From a virus (lineage: Duplodnaviria > Heunggongvirae > Uroviricota > Caudoviricetes): a stretch of 64,000 nt of DNA. Of the stretch, positions 8,393 to 18,379 are shown in pieces (within the stretch, counting starts at the first letter, position 1; each line of letters opens with the position of its first letter). Location: the IMG/VR virus record IMGVR_UViG_3300012943_000001, positions 103,743 to 167,742 of that record; one strand, 5' to 3'. A model generated the notes under the pieces. That model saw only the letters and a program-made list of their open reading frames with translations. It did no database searches and was not told the origin of the DNA. The translations under genes were made by a program, and so were the position numbers.

Positions 8393-10879
8393 ATGAACGA
8401 AAATCTGACGCCACGTCTTAAGGAACTTCTTAAAAGGGCTCGTAAGCGGGCCGTGGAACTTAAAAACGACTACATCGGAGTAGAGCACGTTTTCCTAGCT
8501 TGGCTAGAAGGAACTAGCTCAGGACAGTCTACGGACGTTCTTAAGAAAACGGGTGTTGCGTTTGATAAGATTAAAGAGCTTATCTACAGGGCAATCTTAC
8601 CAGAGGTAGGTAAGGAAGCAGATATTACGAAAGCTATTGACCTGAACGCAGAGCTTGTAGCCAATATAAAAGAAGCGAAGACTATTGCAGATAACATCGG
8701 CAATGAGTATGTAGGCATTGAACATTTTATCATAGCTCTCTTCAATAATGAAGACGGCTTGATTTTCAAAACGTTGGACAGCTTGTCTGTCAACGTCGTA
8801 GATGTTAAGAAAGCTATCTCAGACAGTCTTTCGACTAAAGAGGTTGAACGTACAAAAATTCCTTCTGGCGGTCCAGTTAAAGACGAGTCTGAAGGCAAGA
8901 CGGGTGGAGACTCCATGCTTCGAAAGTTCTCTATTGAACTTGTGGAGCGAGCGTCTAAAGGGGAGCTTGACCCGGTTATCGGTCGTGAGGACGAAGTTAA
9001 GCGTGTCATCAGAATTCTTGCTCGCAAGAAAAAGAACAATCCTGTCTTAGTTGGTTCTGCGGGTGTGGGTAAGACTTCTGTTGTCGAAGGCTTGGCCCTT
9101 CGTATCTACGAAAAGAACGTCCCTCTTGCTCTACAGGACAAACGCATCTTTGCGTTAGACCTTGGCCGCATGATTGCGGGTACGGTTTATAGAGGTCAGT
9201 TTGAAGAGCGTCTAAAGAAAATCATGGAGGAAGTGAAGGCGAATAAGAATTTTATCGTCTTCATCGACGAGCTTCACACGGTCATCGGAGCAGGTGGAGC
9301 AGAAGGCTCTATGGATGCCTCCAACATGATTAAGCCCGCTCTTGCACGTGGAGACTTCAATTGCATAGGTGCAACCACACTCGACGAATATAGGAAGTAC
9401 ATTGAAAAAGACCCAGCTTTGGAACGCAGATTCCAAGGCGTACATGTGGGAGAGCCTAACCCAAAAGATACCGTTCTTATCCTTAAGGGTGCGGCAAAGT
9501 CATATGAGAAGTTTCACGGCGTCAAGTATCCTCTAGAAGTCATCGAAGCAATTGTAGATTTGTCTACTCGCTTCATCAGAGATAGATTCCAACCCGACAA
9601 GAGCTTTGACGTTCTTGACGAAATTGGTGCGGCTGTAAAGCTTGCGAATGGTAAAGTCTCTGGTGATAGACTTGAGACGGAAACAAAGCTCACAGAAATC
9701 AAAAAACTTAAGGCTCAGGTTATCAAAGAAGAGAGATATGAAGAAGCGGGCAAACTCAAAGAAGAAGAGGCTCGTCTTGAATTCGAACTCGCAAAGTACA
9801 AAGATACGGAGAAGACGAAAAAGAGTGTAGTTAAACTTGCGGATGTCCACGAGGTTATTAGCAAGTGGACGGGAGTTCCCGTGGGTGAATTGAGCAAGTC
9901 TGATAAAGAGAAGCTTCTGAATATCGGGGCGACTCTCAAAGCGGTCGTAGTTGGTCAGGACGAAGCAGCAGACGCGGTTGCGAAGAGACTTAAGAAATAC
10001 AACACTCCACTCAAAGACGAGAAGCGTCCAATTGGTGGATTCCTGTTTGTAGGTCCAACGGGCAGCGGCAAGACACTACTTGCCCAAACCGTCGCAGTGA
10101 AACACTTTGGTACTGAAGCGGAGAAATGCTTCCTAGAACTCGACATGAGCGAGTACGTAGATTCTGTATCCGCGAACAGACTGATTGGTCCTCCTCCCGG
10201 ATATGTAGGTTATGATGAAGGCGGCACACTTACCAAGTTCGTAAGAGAGAATCCGTATTCAGTTATCTTGTTTGACGAAATTGAGAAGGCTCACTACCAA
10301 GTAAGACTCCTCCTTCTTCAAATCTTAGATAAGGGATGCTTGACAGACAACAAAGGCATTGTGGTCGATTTCAAGAACACAATCATCATCGCCACCACGA
10401 ACGAGGCTATGGACGTTGCAAAAAGCATGGGCTTTGGAACTGCGGAAAGTATCAAAGAAAGTGTGCGTTCAAATATGATTACAAAGCTCAAGCAAACTTT
10501 TTCGCCTGAGCTTATCAACAGATTTGAAATTGCTTTCTTCAATAAATTGACAAAAGACACCGCTCGCCAAGTGGCAGAACTTGAAATTGCAAAGCTGAAT
10601 GGACGCCTTATAAAAGCCAAAGCCAAAGTTAAATGCCAGCCTGACGCTCTCGACCTCATATTGAAGAAGGGTTTTGATGACACGCTAGGTGCAAGGAATA
10701 TGCGAAGCGAAGTGGAGCGTCTGATAGAAGATGCTTTGACAGATGATTTCCTTAAGGAGAATATACCAGAAAACAGTGTAATTGTATTCAGAGCGGAGAA
10801 TGATTCTCTCGCTTATGAAATAACAAAAGAAACATATGAACACACTACTTCTCGTATATCTAGTCTGGCTACCTCTTAG
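8393..10879 (+). CDS. clpB: ClpB/ClpA-family AAA+ chaperone (two nucleotide-binding domains)
   Basis: Clp_N repeat N-term; Walker A GSAGVGKT and GPTGSGKT; coiled-coil M-domain between the NBDs. Confidence 0.85.
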   Translation: MNENLTPRLKELLKRARKRAVELKNDYIGVEHVFLAWLEGTSSGQSTDVLKKTGVAFDKIKELIYRAILPEVGKEADITKAIDLNAELVANIKEAKTIADNIGNEYVGIEHFIIALFNNEDGLIFKTLDSLSVNVVDVKKAISDSLSTKEVERTKIPSGGPVKDESEGKTGGDSMLRKFSIELVERASKGELDPVIGREDEVKRVIRILARKKKNNPVLVGSAGVGKTSVVEGLALRIYEKNVPLALQDKRIFALDLGRMIAGTVYRGQFEERLKKIMEEVKANKNFIVFIDELHTVIGAGGAEGSMDASNMIKPALARGDFNCIGATTLDEYRKYIEKDPALERRFQGVHVGEPNPKDTVLILKGAAKSYEKFHGVKYPLEVIEAIVDLSTRFIRDRFQPDKSFDVLDEIGAAVKLANGKVSGDRLETETKLTEIKKLKAQVIKEERYEEAGKLKEEEARLEFELAKYKDTEKTKKSVVKLADVHEVISKWTGVPVGELSKSDKEKLLNIGATLKAVVVGQDEAADAVAKRLKKYNTPLKDEKRPIGGFLFVGPTGSGKTLLAQTVAVKHFGTEAEKCFLELDMSEYVDSVSANRLIGPPPGYVGYDEGGTLTKFVRENPYSVILFDEIEKAHYQVRLLLLQILDKGCLTDNKGIVVDFKNTIIIATTNEAMDVAKSMGFGTAESIKESVRSNMITKLKQTFSPELINRFEIAFFNKLTKDTARQVAELEIAKLNGRLIKAKAKVKCQPDALDLILKKGFDDTLGARNMRSEVERLIEDALTDDFLKENIPENSVIVFRAENDSLAYEITKETYEHTTSRISSLATS

Positions 10880-11057
10880 CACAGTCTTCTATGAAACAGT
10901 TAAGAAAGACCAAATCGTAAATAAGAAGAAGAAAGCCCTTTTCTTGGCTCTCACGCTTCCTTCTTCATGGTTCTTCGTTCTTAATGAAAGCGTAGCAAAG
11001 CTTGCAACAAAACTACCATTCGTCGCGAAAGTTGCGAAATGGTTTGTTAAGAAGTAA
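10836..11057 (+). CDS. small membrane protein (hypothetical)
   Basis: 73 aa, hydrophobic N-term [11 protein letters not shown]; overlaps the clpB 3' end. Confidence 0.3.
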   Translation: MNTLLLVYLVWLPLSTVFYETVKKDQIVNKKKKALFLALTLPSSWFFVLNESVAKLATKLPFVAKVAKWFVKK

Positions 11058-11064
11058 TCTTCTG

Positions 11065-11090
11065 GGCCGGTAGAAATACCGGCCTTTTTA
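11065..11090 (+). terminator. rho-independent terminator
   Basis: GGGCCGGTAgaaaTACCGGCC + TTTTTATT. Confidence 0.7.
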
Positions 11091-11093
11091 TTG

Positions 11094-11125
11094 TTGACTT
11101 TTTTGACATTGTGGATATTATAGAT
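11094..11125 (+). promoter_or_regulatory. conserved TTGACTTTT-type promoter
   Basis: tgTTGACTtttttgacattgtggatATTATAgat. Confidence 0.5.
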
Positions 11126-11179
11126 GATGAAATCCGCAGTAAGTGCGGCTTGTCTTAACAATCAAAAGAGGAAATACAT

Positions 11180-12082
11180 ATGGATATCCACGGATATTCC
11201 GCACACATTCTTGTGAATGGTCGGAAGGTAAAAGAGTATCGCCACAAGGGACTTACGTTCATTGAGGCCAAAGACGGAACAGAGTTTACCGTCGAAGTAA
11301 AGAATCATACAGGCCAGAGAATTTTGGCAATTGTATCGGTCGATGGACTAGATATCATCGACGGAAAATCGGCAACGAGCAAGTCTCGCGGTTATATCAT
11401 TAACCCGCATTCAGCAGATACATTCTCTGGATGGCGTCGAAGCAAAGAGCAGGTTGCTTCTTTCAAGTTCACAACTAAAGAGAAGAGCTATGCAACAGAG
11501 AAGGGCGAAGGTCAGAACAACGGTGTCATCGCAATCAGATTGATTGCGGAGAAACTTAAGCCGTTCATTCCACAGTTTGTCGCTCCCGCACCTGAACCGT
11601 ATCAATGGCCGTCTCAACCACGTACCCCATTCCTTCCTCCATCCTTTGGAGACCATGTGATTTCAGGTACATCAGCACCTACATTAGGTGGAGGAACAAC
11701 AACCAGCAACAGACCGCGTACTCGTGTAACGTATAGTGCTAACGGACTATTTGCAGGTCCAGCCACCAGAGGAGTACAACCAGCTCAGGCGGAAACGTTC
11801 AACTACTCTGTACAATCAACTAGTCTTAATGAAGAGTCTGTGGCAGTTGCGGGTGCATCATTTGATATGGGCACGGGTTGGGGCACAGCCAAAGAAGAGA
11901 AGGTTGTCGAAACTGAATTCGAATACGGCGTAGAGCTTGGCACATTAGAGTTCTTCTATGCAAGCCGCGACGCACTTAAAGCAATGGGTATTCCATTGGT
12001 AACGCAAAGAGAAGTCCCAGCCCTTCCACGAGGATTTAAGGACGCACCATACGCACAACCACCAAAAGACTGGAGAGGGTAA
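11180..12082 (+). CDS. hypothetical protein
   Basis: 300-aa ORF after a terminator plus promoter. Confidence 0.55.
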   Translation: MDIHGYSAHILVNGRKVKEYRHKGLTFIEAKDGTEFTVEVKNHTGQRILAIVSVDGLDIIDGKSATSKSRGYIINPHSADTFSGWRRSKEQVASFKFTTKEKSYATEKGEGQNNGVIAIRLIAEKLKPFIPQFVAPAPEPYQWPSQPRTPFLPPSFGDHVISGTSAPTLGGGTTTSNRPRTRVTYSANGLFAGPATRGVQPAQAETFNYSVQSTSLNEESVAVAGASFDMGTGWGTAKEEKVVETEFEYGVELGTLEFFYASRDALKAMGIPLVTQREVPALPRGFKDAPYAQPPKDWRG

Positions 12083-12083
12083 T

Positions 12084-12740
12084 ATGCAAAACAACATTTC
12101 AAAAACAGCAAAGAAAATCGCGAACCTTATCGTTGTAGATAGAAGTAGCTCCATGTCTACTATTAGAGACAAGGTTATCCTTGGCTTTAACGAGCAACTT
12201 CAAAGTATCAAAACGCTGGACGAAACAAATGGAACGAAAAGTTCTGTCAGCATCGTCTACTTTGATTCAGGCGTAGAAGTTCCAGTCACGAAAGCGGACC
12301 CATTAAGTTTGGAACCTCTTACATCGACAAGTTACGTGCCGAATGGTATGACTGCGTTCTACGATGGTCTTGCAATGGGTATTAAGAACTTGGAAGACGC
12401 CCTAGGTTCAGAGCTAGGTGAGACTGAAGTGCTTGTCACGACAATCACGGACGGTCAAGAGAACAGCTCTAGGAAATATACGGGCTCACAGGTCGCGGAC
12501 CTAATCAAACAGTTCCAAACGGACTACGGTTGGACCTTTAATTTCATTGGGGCAAACATTGATACCGAACAATTGGCACAGACTCTAAACGTCTCTGCAT
12601 CAAACGCTATCAACTTTGCAGCCACAGACGAAGGAACAAAAGTTGCATTCGACACTTTAAGAATGGCAAGAACTTCGTACTATACTAAGAAGCTTTCGGG
12701 AGAAGATACCACTCAGGACTTCTACTCGGGATTAAAATAA
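12084..12740 (+). CDS. von Willebrand factor A (vWA) domain protein
   Basis: MIDAS DxSxS motif (VVDRSSSMS). Confidence 0.7.
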   Translation: MQNNISKTAKKIANLIVVDRSSSMSTIRDKVILGFNEQLQSIKTLDETNGTKSSVSIVYFDSGVEVPVTKADPLSLEPLTSTSYVPNGMTAFYDGLAMGIKNLEDALGSELGETEVLVTTITDGQENSSRKYTGSQVADLIKQFQTDYGWTFNFIGANIDTEQLAQTLNVSASNAINFAATDEGTKVAFDTLRMARTSYYTKKLSGEDTTQDFYSGLK

Positions 12741-12754
12741 ATAACGTTACATAT

Positions 12755-13162
12755 ATGGAACTACAAGGTAAAATCATCCTTATCAAGGAAACAGAAACAG
12801 TCGGTGCGAATGGCTTTCAAAAGAGAGAGTTCGTAATCGAGACAGCGGACCAATACCCACAAAAGATTAAACTTGAATTCACAAAAGACAAGTGCGGCTT
12901 GCTCGACAACTATGCTGTCGGTGCAAACGTGAAGGTTGACTTCAATCTTAGGGGTTCAGAGTACAACGGTAAATACTACGTCACGGTTCAAGCGTGGAAG
13001 ATTGGTGCAGCAACGGCAGCAGCAGGTGGCTCCGCTCCACGTGCAGGTGGTCCAACGACCGCTCGCCGTCCAGCAGCAGGTCCACGTGCGGGAGGCTCAC
13101 CAGCCCCTCGTCAACCACAACCGCCTGTAAATGATGCAGGTGGCGAAGACGCACCGTGGTAA
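12755..13162 (+). CDS. DUF3127-like small OB-fold protein with a Pro/Ala/Gly-rich tail
   Basis: N-terminal 85 aa conserved-looking; C-term AAGGSAPRAGGPTTARRPAAG low complexity. Confidence 0.5.
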   Translation: MELQGKIILIKETETVGANGFQKREFVIETADQYPQKIKLEFTKDKCGLLDNYAVGANVKVDFNLRGSEYNGKYYVTVQAWKIGAATAAAGGSAPRAGGPTTARRPAAGPRAGGSPAPRQPQPPVNDAGGEDAPW

Positions 13163-13187
13163 TCGACTTGATTAGTGTATGATTTAT

Positions 13188-13216
13188 GGGGAGTCCAGAA
13201 ATGGACTCCCTTTTTG
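13188..13216 (+). terminator. rho-independent terminator
   Basis: GGGGAGTCCagaaaTGGACTCCC + TTTTT. Confidence 0.7.
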
Positions 13217-13217
13217 T

Positions 13218-13247
13218 TTGACAAATTCGAAAGCTTTGAGTAAGATG
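13218..13247 (+). promoter_or_regulatory. sigma70-like promoter (TTGACA ... TAAGAT)
   Basis: tTTGACAaattcgaaagctttgagTAAGATgcg. Confidence 0.5.
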
Positions 13248-13252
13248 CGTGG

Positions 13253-13825
13253 ATGCGTATAGCACTAGACTTAGACGGGGTACTCGTCAACTTCACCAAA
13301 GCGGCCTGTAAGAAGATGGGCGAACCGTATCCAAGCAAGCTAGTATTCCCTAGTTACTCGTGGATATTCGACAAGTACGGCAAGCAGTCTTGTTACAAGA
13401 GGCTTCGCGGCCACCACTTCTGGGTAGAGATGGAGAAGTATCCGTGGGCAGACAAGCTCGTGAGTCTTGTAGATGAATTGTCTGATGGCAATTGGATGTT
13501 TCTTACAAAGCCGATGAGAGACCCGTATTGTTTCTCTGGTAAAGCTGAATGGTTGATGAAACACTATCCACAATACATGGATAGACTGACTATCATCAGC
13601 GGACCTAAAGAAGAGTTCGTCAGGAATATGTATGATATTCTCATTGATGATAAACCTGAGAATATTCAGGAGTGGAGTAAGAGTGGAGGCAGTCCCTTTT
13701 ATTGGCACGAAGTATCCGATGACATAGACGACGAAGTTATTGAGGAAAGACTCGAAAAGCTTAAGAAGCATATTCTCGGTCTAGTAGAATACAAAGAACG
13801 CATGAGCGGCCACAAAGACTTTTAA
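13253..13825 (+). CDS. HAD-superfamily 5'(3')-deoxyribonucleotidase
   Basis: MRIALDLDGVLVNF (HAD motif I DxDGV). Confidence 0.7.
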   Translation: MRIALDLDGVLVNFTKAACKKMGEPYPSKLVFPSYSWIFDKYGKQSCYKRLRGHHFWVEMEKYPWADKLVSLVDELSDGNWMFLTKPMRDPYCFSGKAEWLMKHYPQYMDRLTIISGPKEEFVRNMYDILIDDKPENIQEWSKSGGSPFYWHEVSDDIDDEVIEERLEKLKKHILGLVEYKERMSGHKDF

Positions 13826-13840
13826 CTCAACCCATATCAT

Positions 13841-14287
13841 ATGAAAATCAGTATCGACGCAGACGACCTAGAACTCATTCTCCGCAAGCATAAAATCGAC
13901 CAGAAGGTCGCGGAGTTTATTGTCAAAGATGCAGAGCAAGTTGCAGAGGACAACAAGCCAGACCCAACGGGCAAGGCACCAAAAGCCAAGTATAAGTATT
14001 TGGTTGTAGCCTCAGACCCAGACGGCTTGATTCCAAACCTTGAGAACGTTCCAATGTGGGTGTTCAAAGTACCAGAGGAAGAAAAGCACACGGAAGTGAT
14101 GGCTCGCTTCTTCAAAGGTGTCTACGACTTCAATGCCAAGTCCAGAAAGGGTAGGAAGAATCCTATTAAGTCTGTGGGTGACGGTATCCAAGCGGTGGGT
14201 TCAAAGCACTTCAAACCAGCGAAGAGCCCAATCGTAACAAAGGAGCCAGTCATTGTTCTCGTCACTGATAACAAGATTCCTAACTGA
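13841..14287 (+). CDS. hypothetical protein
   Basis: 148-aa ORF. Confidence 0.5.
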   Translation: MKISIDADDLELILRKHKIDQKVAEFIVKDAEQVAEDNKPDPTGKAPKAKYKYLVVASDPDGLIPNLENVPMWVFKVPEEEKHTEVMARFFKGVYDFNAKSRKGRKNPIKSVGDGIQAVGSKHFKPAKSPIVTKEPVIVLVTDNKIPN

Positions 14288-14460
14288 CGCAATATAATTG
14301 CAATTGTAATATAGAGAAAGGAGATGACCGCACTCAGAAACTAAATTTCAAAATGTAGGAAACGAGAAGGCCGCAAGAATATATTTTCGTGTAACCTTCG
14401 ACGAGCGAGTATCACTCAAGAAGAGTGCGACCGCTTTAACGTTTTTATCAAATCTACACT

Positions 14461-15399
14461 ATGAAAATTAGTTCTATGAGAACCGACACACTGCATGTTG
14501 TCACGGTCATCTCCAATCCAATCAGATTCAAATCTCGTTATGCACTATACGAGAATTTCAAGAGACAAGTAGCTTGTGCGGGAGCGAAACTCTGGACGGT
14601 AGAAATCGCATTTGGCGATAGACCGTTTGAAGTTACTGAGGCGGGAAACCCATATCATCTTCAGCTACGAACCTTTGAGGAGTTGTGGCACAAAGAGAAT
14701 ATGATTAACCTCATGATTCAAAGACTACCTTTGGATTGGGAGTATGTAGCTTGGGTTGACGCAGACATTCTTTTCCACAGACCAGATTGGGTTGAAGAGA
14801 CCGTCCACCAACTTCAACATTATATGGTCATCCAAATGTTTAGTCATGCAATCGACTTGTGTCCAAACTACAAGTGCATGAAGCAGCACAACGGATTTGT
14901 ATGGTCCTATTTTCAAAATGGATTTGAGTCTCCAAAGGGCTACGGTTACAAGAAGTATGGCCTATGGCACCCGGGCTTTGCGTGGGCAGCGAGACGCGAA
15001 GCGATTGACACTCTTGGAGGTTTGATTGATTTTGGTATTTTGGGTGCAGGTGACAGACATATGGCAACGGCCCTTATCGGTTGCGTCGAAGACTCCGTTC
15101 CTCCAAACATTGGTAAGGCTTACTTGAATGAGCTTAAGATTTGGGAGAAGAGAGCGGCCAAGTTGGACAAAGATATTGGCTACATGGAAGGAACCATCAG
15201 TCACTATTGGCACGGTAAGAAGAAAGACAGAAGATATACAGAGCGTTGGAAGATTCTTATCGACAATCAATACGACCCTGACACAGACATCAAGAGAGAT
15301 TGGCAAGGTTTGTGGCAGCTTGCGGGCAATAAGCCAAGGCTTAGAGACCAAATCCGCTCTTACTTCAGAGCGAGAAACGAAGATTCAATCGACGTTTAA
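14461..15399 (+). CDS. putative GT-A fold glycosyltransferase
   Basis: DxD-like WVDADI after a beta-strand-rich N-term; weak. Confidence 0.45.
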   Translation: MKISSMRTDTLHVVTVISNPIRFKSRYALYENFKRQVACAGAKLWTVEIAFGDRPFEVTEAGNPYHLQLRTFEELWHKENMINLMIQRLPLDWEYVAWVDADILFHRPDWVEETVHQLQHYMVIQMFSHAIDLCPNYKCMKQHNGFVWSYFQNGFESPKGYGYKKYGLWHPGFAWAARREAIDTLGGLIDFGILGAGDRHMATALIGCVEDSVPPNIGKAYLNELKIWEKRAAKLDKDIGYMEGTISHYWHGKKKDRRYTERWKILIDNQYDPDTDIKRDWQGLWQLAGNKPRLRDQIRSYFRARNEDSIDV

Positions 15400-15407
15400 C
15401 AGTTTAA

Positions 15408-15436
15408 GACGCATCGTAAATGGTGCGTCTTTTTTC
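15408..15436 (+). terminator. rho-independent terminator
   Basis: AGACGCAtcgtaaatggTGCGTCT + TTTTTT. Confidence 0.65.
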
Positions 15437-15462
15437 TTGACTTTCGCAACAGGATAGGCAGA
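15437..15462 (+). promoter_or_regulatory. conserved CTTGACTTT-type promoter upstream of the PARP gene
   Basis: tcTTGACTttcgcaacaggataggcagaatg. Confidence 0.45.
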
Positions 15463-16866
15463 ATGCACGCTATGCCTATCCCTAGCGAATCCTTCGGAAC
15501 AAGTCCGTTCGACTCTAAGTTCGACGTAGTTAAATCTGTCACGCTTCAAATGACGGACTTTGCCGAGGGAAACAACAAGTTCTATCAGATGGAGCTGCAC
15601 AAGGGCGATAGCGGCAAGTTCCGCATCTTCTCCGCGTACGGACGCACGGGCAAGACTCCAGTGAAGGAAGAGCGTATTCCTCGTGACGAAGCTCACGCTA
15701 TCTCTGAGATGGATAAGATTCAAAAGTCCAAAGAGAAAAAGGGCTATCGCAAAGTAGATATGGTTGCGACGAACCACGGTACGGACGTAGGCAACGCGAA
15801 GATTCTTTCTCAGGATTTCAAGAAGGATAAGGTAGTTGCCCCAAACAAGAATCAAAAGGCCGCGATTCAGCTAGAAGCCTCCATTGTGGGATTGGTAGAA
15901 CGCCTGTACTCTGAGGCTGGACAAAGCTGTAAGAGCCAGCTTAACGGCTCCCTGCAATCGACCGCATCCAATCCTCTAGGTACGCTTTCTCTTACTCAGC
16001 TTCAGGAAGGTAAAGACATCATTCTGAAAGTTAACGCTCTTCTGTCACAGAAGAAAAGCCTTATCGACTCTATTGAGCCAGAGGTCGTCGAACTTTCAAA
16101 CGCGTTCTATAGTGCAATCCCCCAAGAAATCCCATTGCGTCCAAAAGATGCAGACGGGCGTAAGGAATGGATTCGTAGATTTGCTTTGAACAACTCAAAG
16201 ATTCTTGACGAAAAGAATGACTTGCTAGACCTGCTTGGCGACGTTAAAGGCATGATGGCTGGTTTCGCCACAGACGATATCGCCGTCAAGTATAACGAGC
16301 TGAATTGCAAAGTCGAAGTCGCTCCTACCGACAAGTTCCGTTGGGCCAAGGACTATTTGGAGTCTTCCCAGTCCCGCCACCACAATTGGAAGCTTATCGT
16401 TAAGAAAGTTTGGCAGATTGAAAGCAAAGGACAGAGCGGCTATCGTAGTACGGTAGAGAAGATTGGAAATGTCCAGCAACTTTTCCACGGCTCCCGTGCA
16501 TCAAATATCATGGGTATCTGCAAAAAAGGCTTGCTATTACGTCCGCCCGGTGCATATGTTACCGGAAGCATGTTCGGCAACGGTCTTTACTTTGCCGACC
16601 AATCCACAAAATCTTCTCAGTACGCCACCGCACGTTTCGGAGGAAGCTCCTCAAGCTATGGTAACTCGTATTTCATGTTCATTGCGGATGTCGCATTGGG
16701 CAAGATTATGAAGTATCAAGACTCCCAAAGCTATCTACAGAAAGCTCCTCACGGCTACGACTCTGTACAGGGCGAAAAGGGCCGCAGTCTAGTACACAAC
16801 GAATTTATCGTCTACGATATCAAACAAAACGAACTCAAATACTTAATCGAATTCGAACAAAGGTAA
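15463..16866 (+). CDS. poly(ADP-ribose) polymerase-like protein (WGR + PARP catalytic domain)
   Basis: H-Y-E triad: FHGSRASN, GNGLYFADQS, NEFIVYD; WGR-like FYQMELH...FSAYGRTGKT at the N-term. Confidence 0.8.
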   Translation: MHAMPIPSESFGTSPFDSKFDVVKSVTLQMTDFAEGNNKFYQMELHKGDSGKFRIFSAYGRTGKTPVKEERIPRDEAHAISEMDKIQKSKEKKGYRKVDMVATNHGTDVGNAKILSQDFKKDKVVAPNKNQKAAIQLEASIVGLVERLYSEAGQSCKSQLNGSLQSTASNPLGTLSLTQLQEGKDIILKVNALLSQKKSLIDSIEPEVVELSNAFYSAIPQEIPLRPKDADGRKEWIRRFALNNSKILDEKNDLLDLLGDVKGMMAGFATDDIAVKYNELNCKVEVAPTDKFRWAKDYLESSQSRHHNWKLIVKKVWQIESKGQSGYRSTVEKIGNVQQLFHGSRASNIMGICKKGLLLRPPGAYVTGSMFGNGLYFADQSTKSSQYATARFGGSSSSYGNSYFMFIADVALGKIMKYQDSQSYLQKAPHGYDSVQGEKGRSLVHNEFIVYDIKQNELKYLIEFEQR

Positions 16867-16869
16867 TAT

Positions 16870-17775
16870 ATGAAAATCGCACAACTCAAAGTCGGAGATA
16901 GAGTCTTTCTTGACGCGTCTCTTGGTAGGAAATGGGACGAAGGTCAGGACAATCCATACTCTGACGGCCAATACGGAAATCTGGATGGCGAAGTTACCGC
17001 TATCAAATCTACTTGGGTAGATGTCAAATGGGATAACGGTCAAATCAATAGCTATGGAGATAATGACCTTAACTTGGCAGCGAACAGGCCGCAGGCTCAC
17101 GCCCCAGCTTCCGCCGCTCCAAGCGTCACGGTCACTCCTACTGGAACGACCACTGCACCTGTAGCTTCCAAGCCAGCAGAGGCAAAGATTATCATTACGG
17201 CAGCGGCTTTGGCCCTCCCTGATTTGGAGACCGCTGTAGCAAGAGTCGTTTCCAAGTTCACGAACGATTCGTTGACATTCTCCGCCTATGATGTCACGTC
17301 TCGCCTTCGTCAGGAAATCAATTCGAAGCAAATCGAAATCTCCAGCATTCCAGTGTCCGATGTAGACGGCGTACAAACCCGTCGCATTGTTCACGCTGAC
17401 GTTCGCCCAATCGTCACTCGCCTTGTCGCGGGTATCCCAGCATACACAAAGCGTCTTAGTGCGAATGGTGACTACATTGAGTACGCAACAATCGTTCCTA
17501 CTCCAATCCGTACTGCGAAAGCTCCTACTGTTACGGTGACGCCAACCGCAACGACGACCTCTGGCGTCTTGGGCTCCAAGACATCCGCGTCTCCTCGTGC
17601 TCACAAAATCACGCAGGAATACGTTACGGCAAAGCGTACCACCACGCTTAAGGCAATCCAGAGCCGTATCAAAAACGACGCTCCAACGGTTCGAGAAATC
17701 GAAACGATTGCAGTGGGGCTCGGGTTCAAGGTCACACCAAAGACCCCGTACTACGCAACGGAAGTTTCAGTCTAA
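16870..17775 (+). CDS. hypothetical protein with Thr/Pro-rich internal repeats
   Basis: Two PxVTVTPTxTTT repeats ~140 aa apart. Confidence 0.5.
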   Translation: MKIAQLKVGDRVFLDASLGRKWDEGQDNPYSDGQYGNLDGEVTAIKSTWVDVKWDNGQINSYGDNDLNLAANRPQAHAPASAAPSVTVTPTGTTTAPVASKPAEAKIIITAAALALPDLETAVARVVSKFTNDSLTFSAYDVTSRLRQEINSKQIEISSIPVSDVDGVQTRRIVHADVRPIVTRLVAGIPAYTKRLSANGDYIEYATIVPTPIRTAKAPTVTVTPTATTTSGVLGSKTSASPRAHKITQEYVTAKRTTTLKAIQSRIKNDAPTVREIETIAVGLGFKVTPKTPYYATEVSV

Positions 17776-17783
17776 TCTACGAA

Positions 17784-17810
17784 CCCTCGAAGAAATTCGG
17801 GGGTTTTTTC
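17784..17810 (+). terminator. rho-independent terminator
   Basis: CCCTCGAAgaaaTTCGGGGG + TTTTTT. Confidence 0.65.
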
Positions 17811-17842
17811 TTGACTTCTAACCCAAAGTCTGGACACTGTAC
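17811..17842 (+). promoter_or_regulatory. conserved CTTGACTT-type promoter upstream of the macro gene
   Basis: tcTTGACTtctaacccaaagtctggacactgTACGTC. Confidence 0.4.
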
Positions 17843-17845
17843 GTC

Positions 17846-18337
17846 ATGATTACAGAACGAATCGGTAACCTTCTGACGGACCCGCAAGTGAACGTCATCG
17901 CTCACCAGTGTAATTGTTTCCATACAATGGGAGGAGGTATCGCTCGCATCATCGCTCAGATGTATCCTGAAGCCGTCCGTGCAGATAATGAAACCCCTCA
18001 CGGTGACGAAAGTAAGATGGGTACGTTCTCCGTAGCGACTGTACAGAGAGGCGATAAAAAAATCCGCATCGTCAATATGTATGGTCAATACAAGACGAGC
18101 AATACGGAGCGTATGACCCGATACGACGCTCTACACGACGCTCTTTTCGAGCTTGAGGCAACGATTCGTGCCAGCGTTAACGTAGACCAATACATTGTAG
18201 GAGTTCCCTACGGATTGGGCTCGGCTCTTGGCGGAGGTTCGTGGACCATTGTGCGGGCAATCCTCGAACGCATCTTTGGTAAATCGCCCGTCCAACTTCA
18301 TATTATTCGACTTCCTGATGTTCCAGACCTCGAATAA
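17846..18337 (+). CDS. macro domain protein (ADP-ribose binding / hydrolase)
   Basis: NVIAHQCNCFHTMGGGIARII matches the macro VNAAN...GGGV core. Confidence 0.75.
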   Translation: MITERIGNLLTDPQVNVIAHQCNCFHTMGGGIARIIAQMYPEAVRADNETPHGDESKMGTFSVATVQRGDKKIRIVNMYGQYKTSNTERMTRYDALHDALFELEATIRASVNVDQYIVGVPYGLGSALGGGSWTIVRAILERIFGKSPVQLHIIRLPDVPDLE

Positions 18338-18339
18338 GC

Positions 18340-18372
18340 TTGACTTTCCTAACACGTTAAAATACCGTCCAC
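18340..18372 (+). promoter_or_regulatory. conserved CTTGACTTTCC-type promoter upstream of pncA
   Basis: gcTTGACTttcctaacacgttaaaataccg. Confidence 0.45.
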
Positions 18373-18379
18373 TCGCAAC

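Noticed and set aside
8584-10683. Several 60-150-aa minus-strand ORFs inside clpB, with similar antisense ORFs inside dnaE, pncA (18440..19150), the PARP gene (16843..17604) and nadE
   Set aside because: They lie entirely within long, well-supported + strand genes. They have no independent signals and show Ser/Arg/Leu-rich antisense composition.
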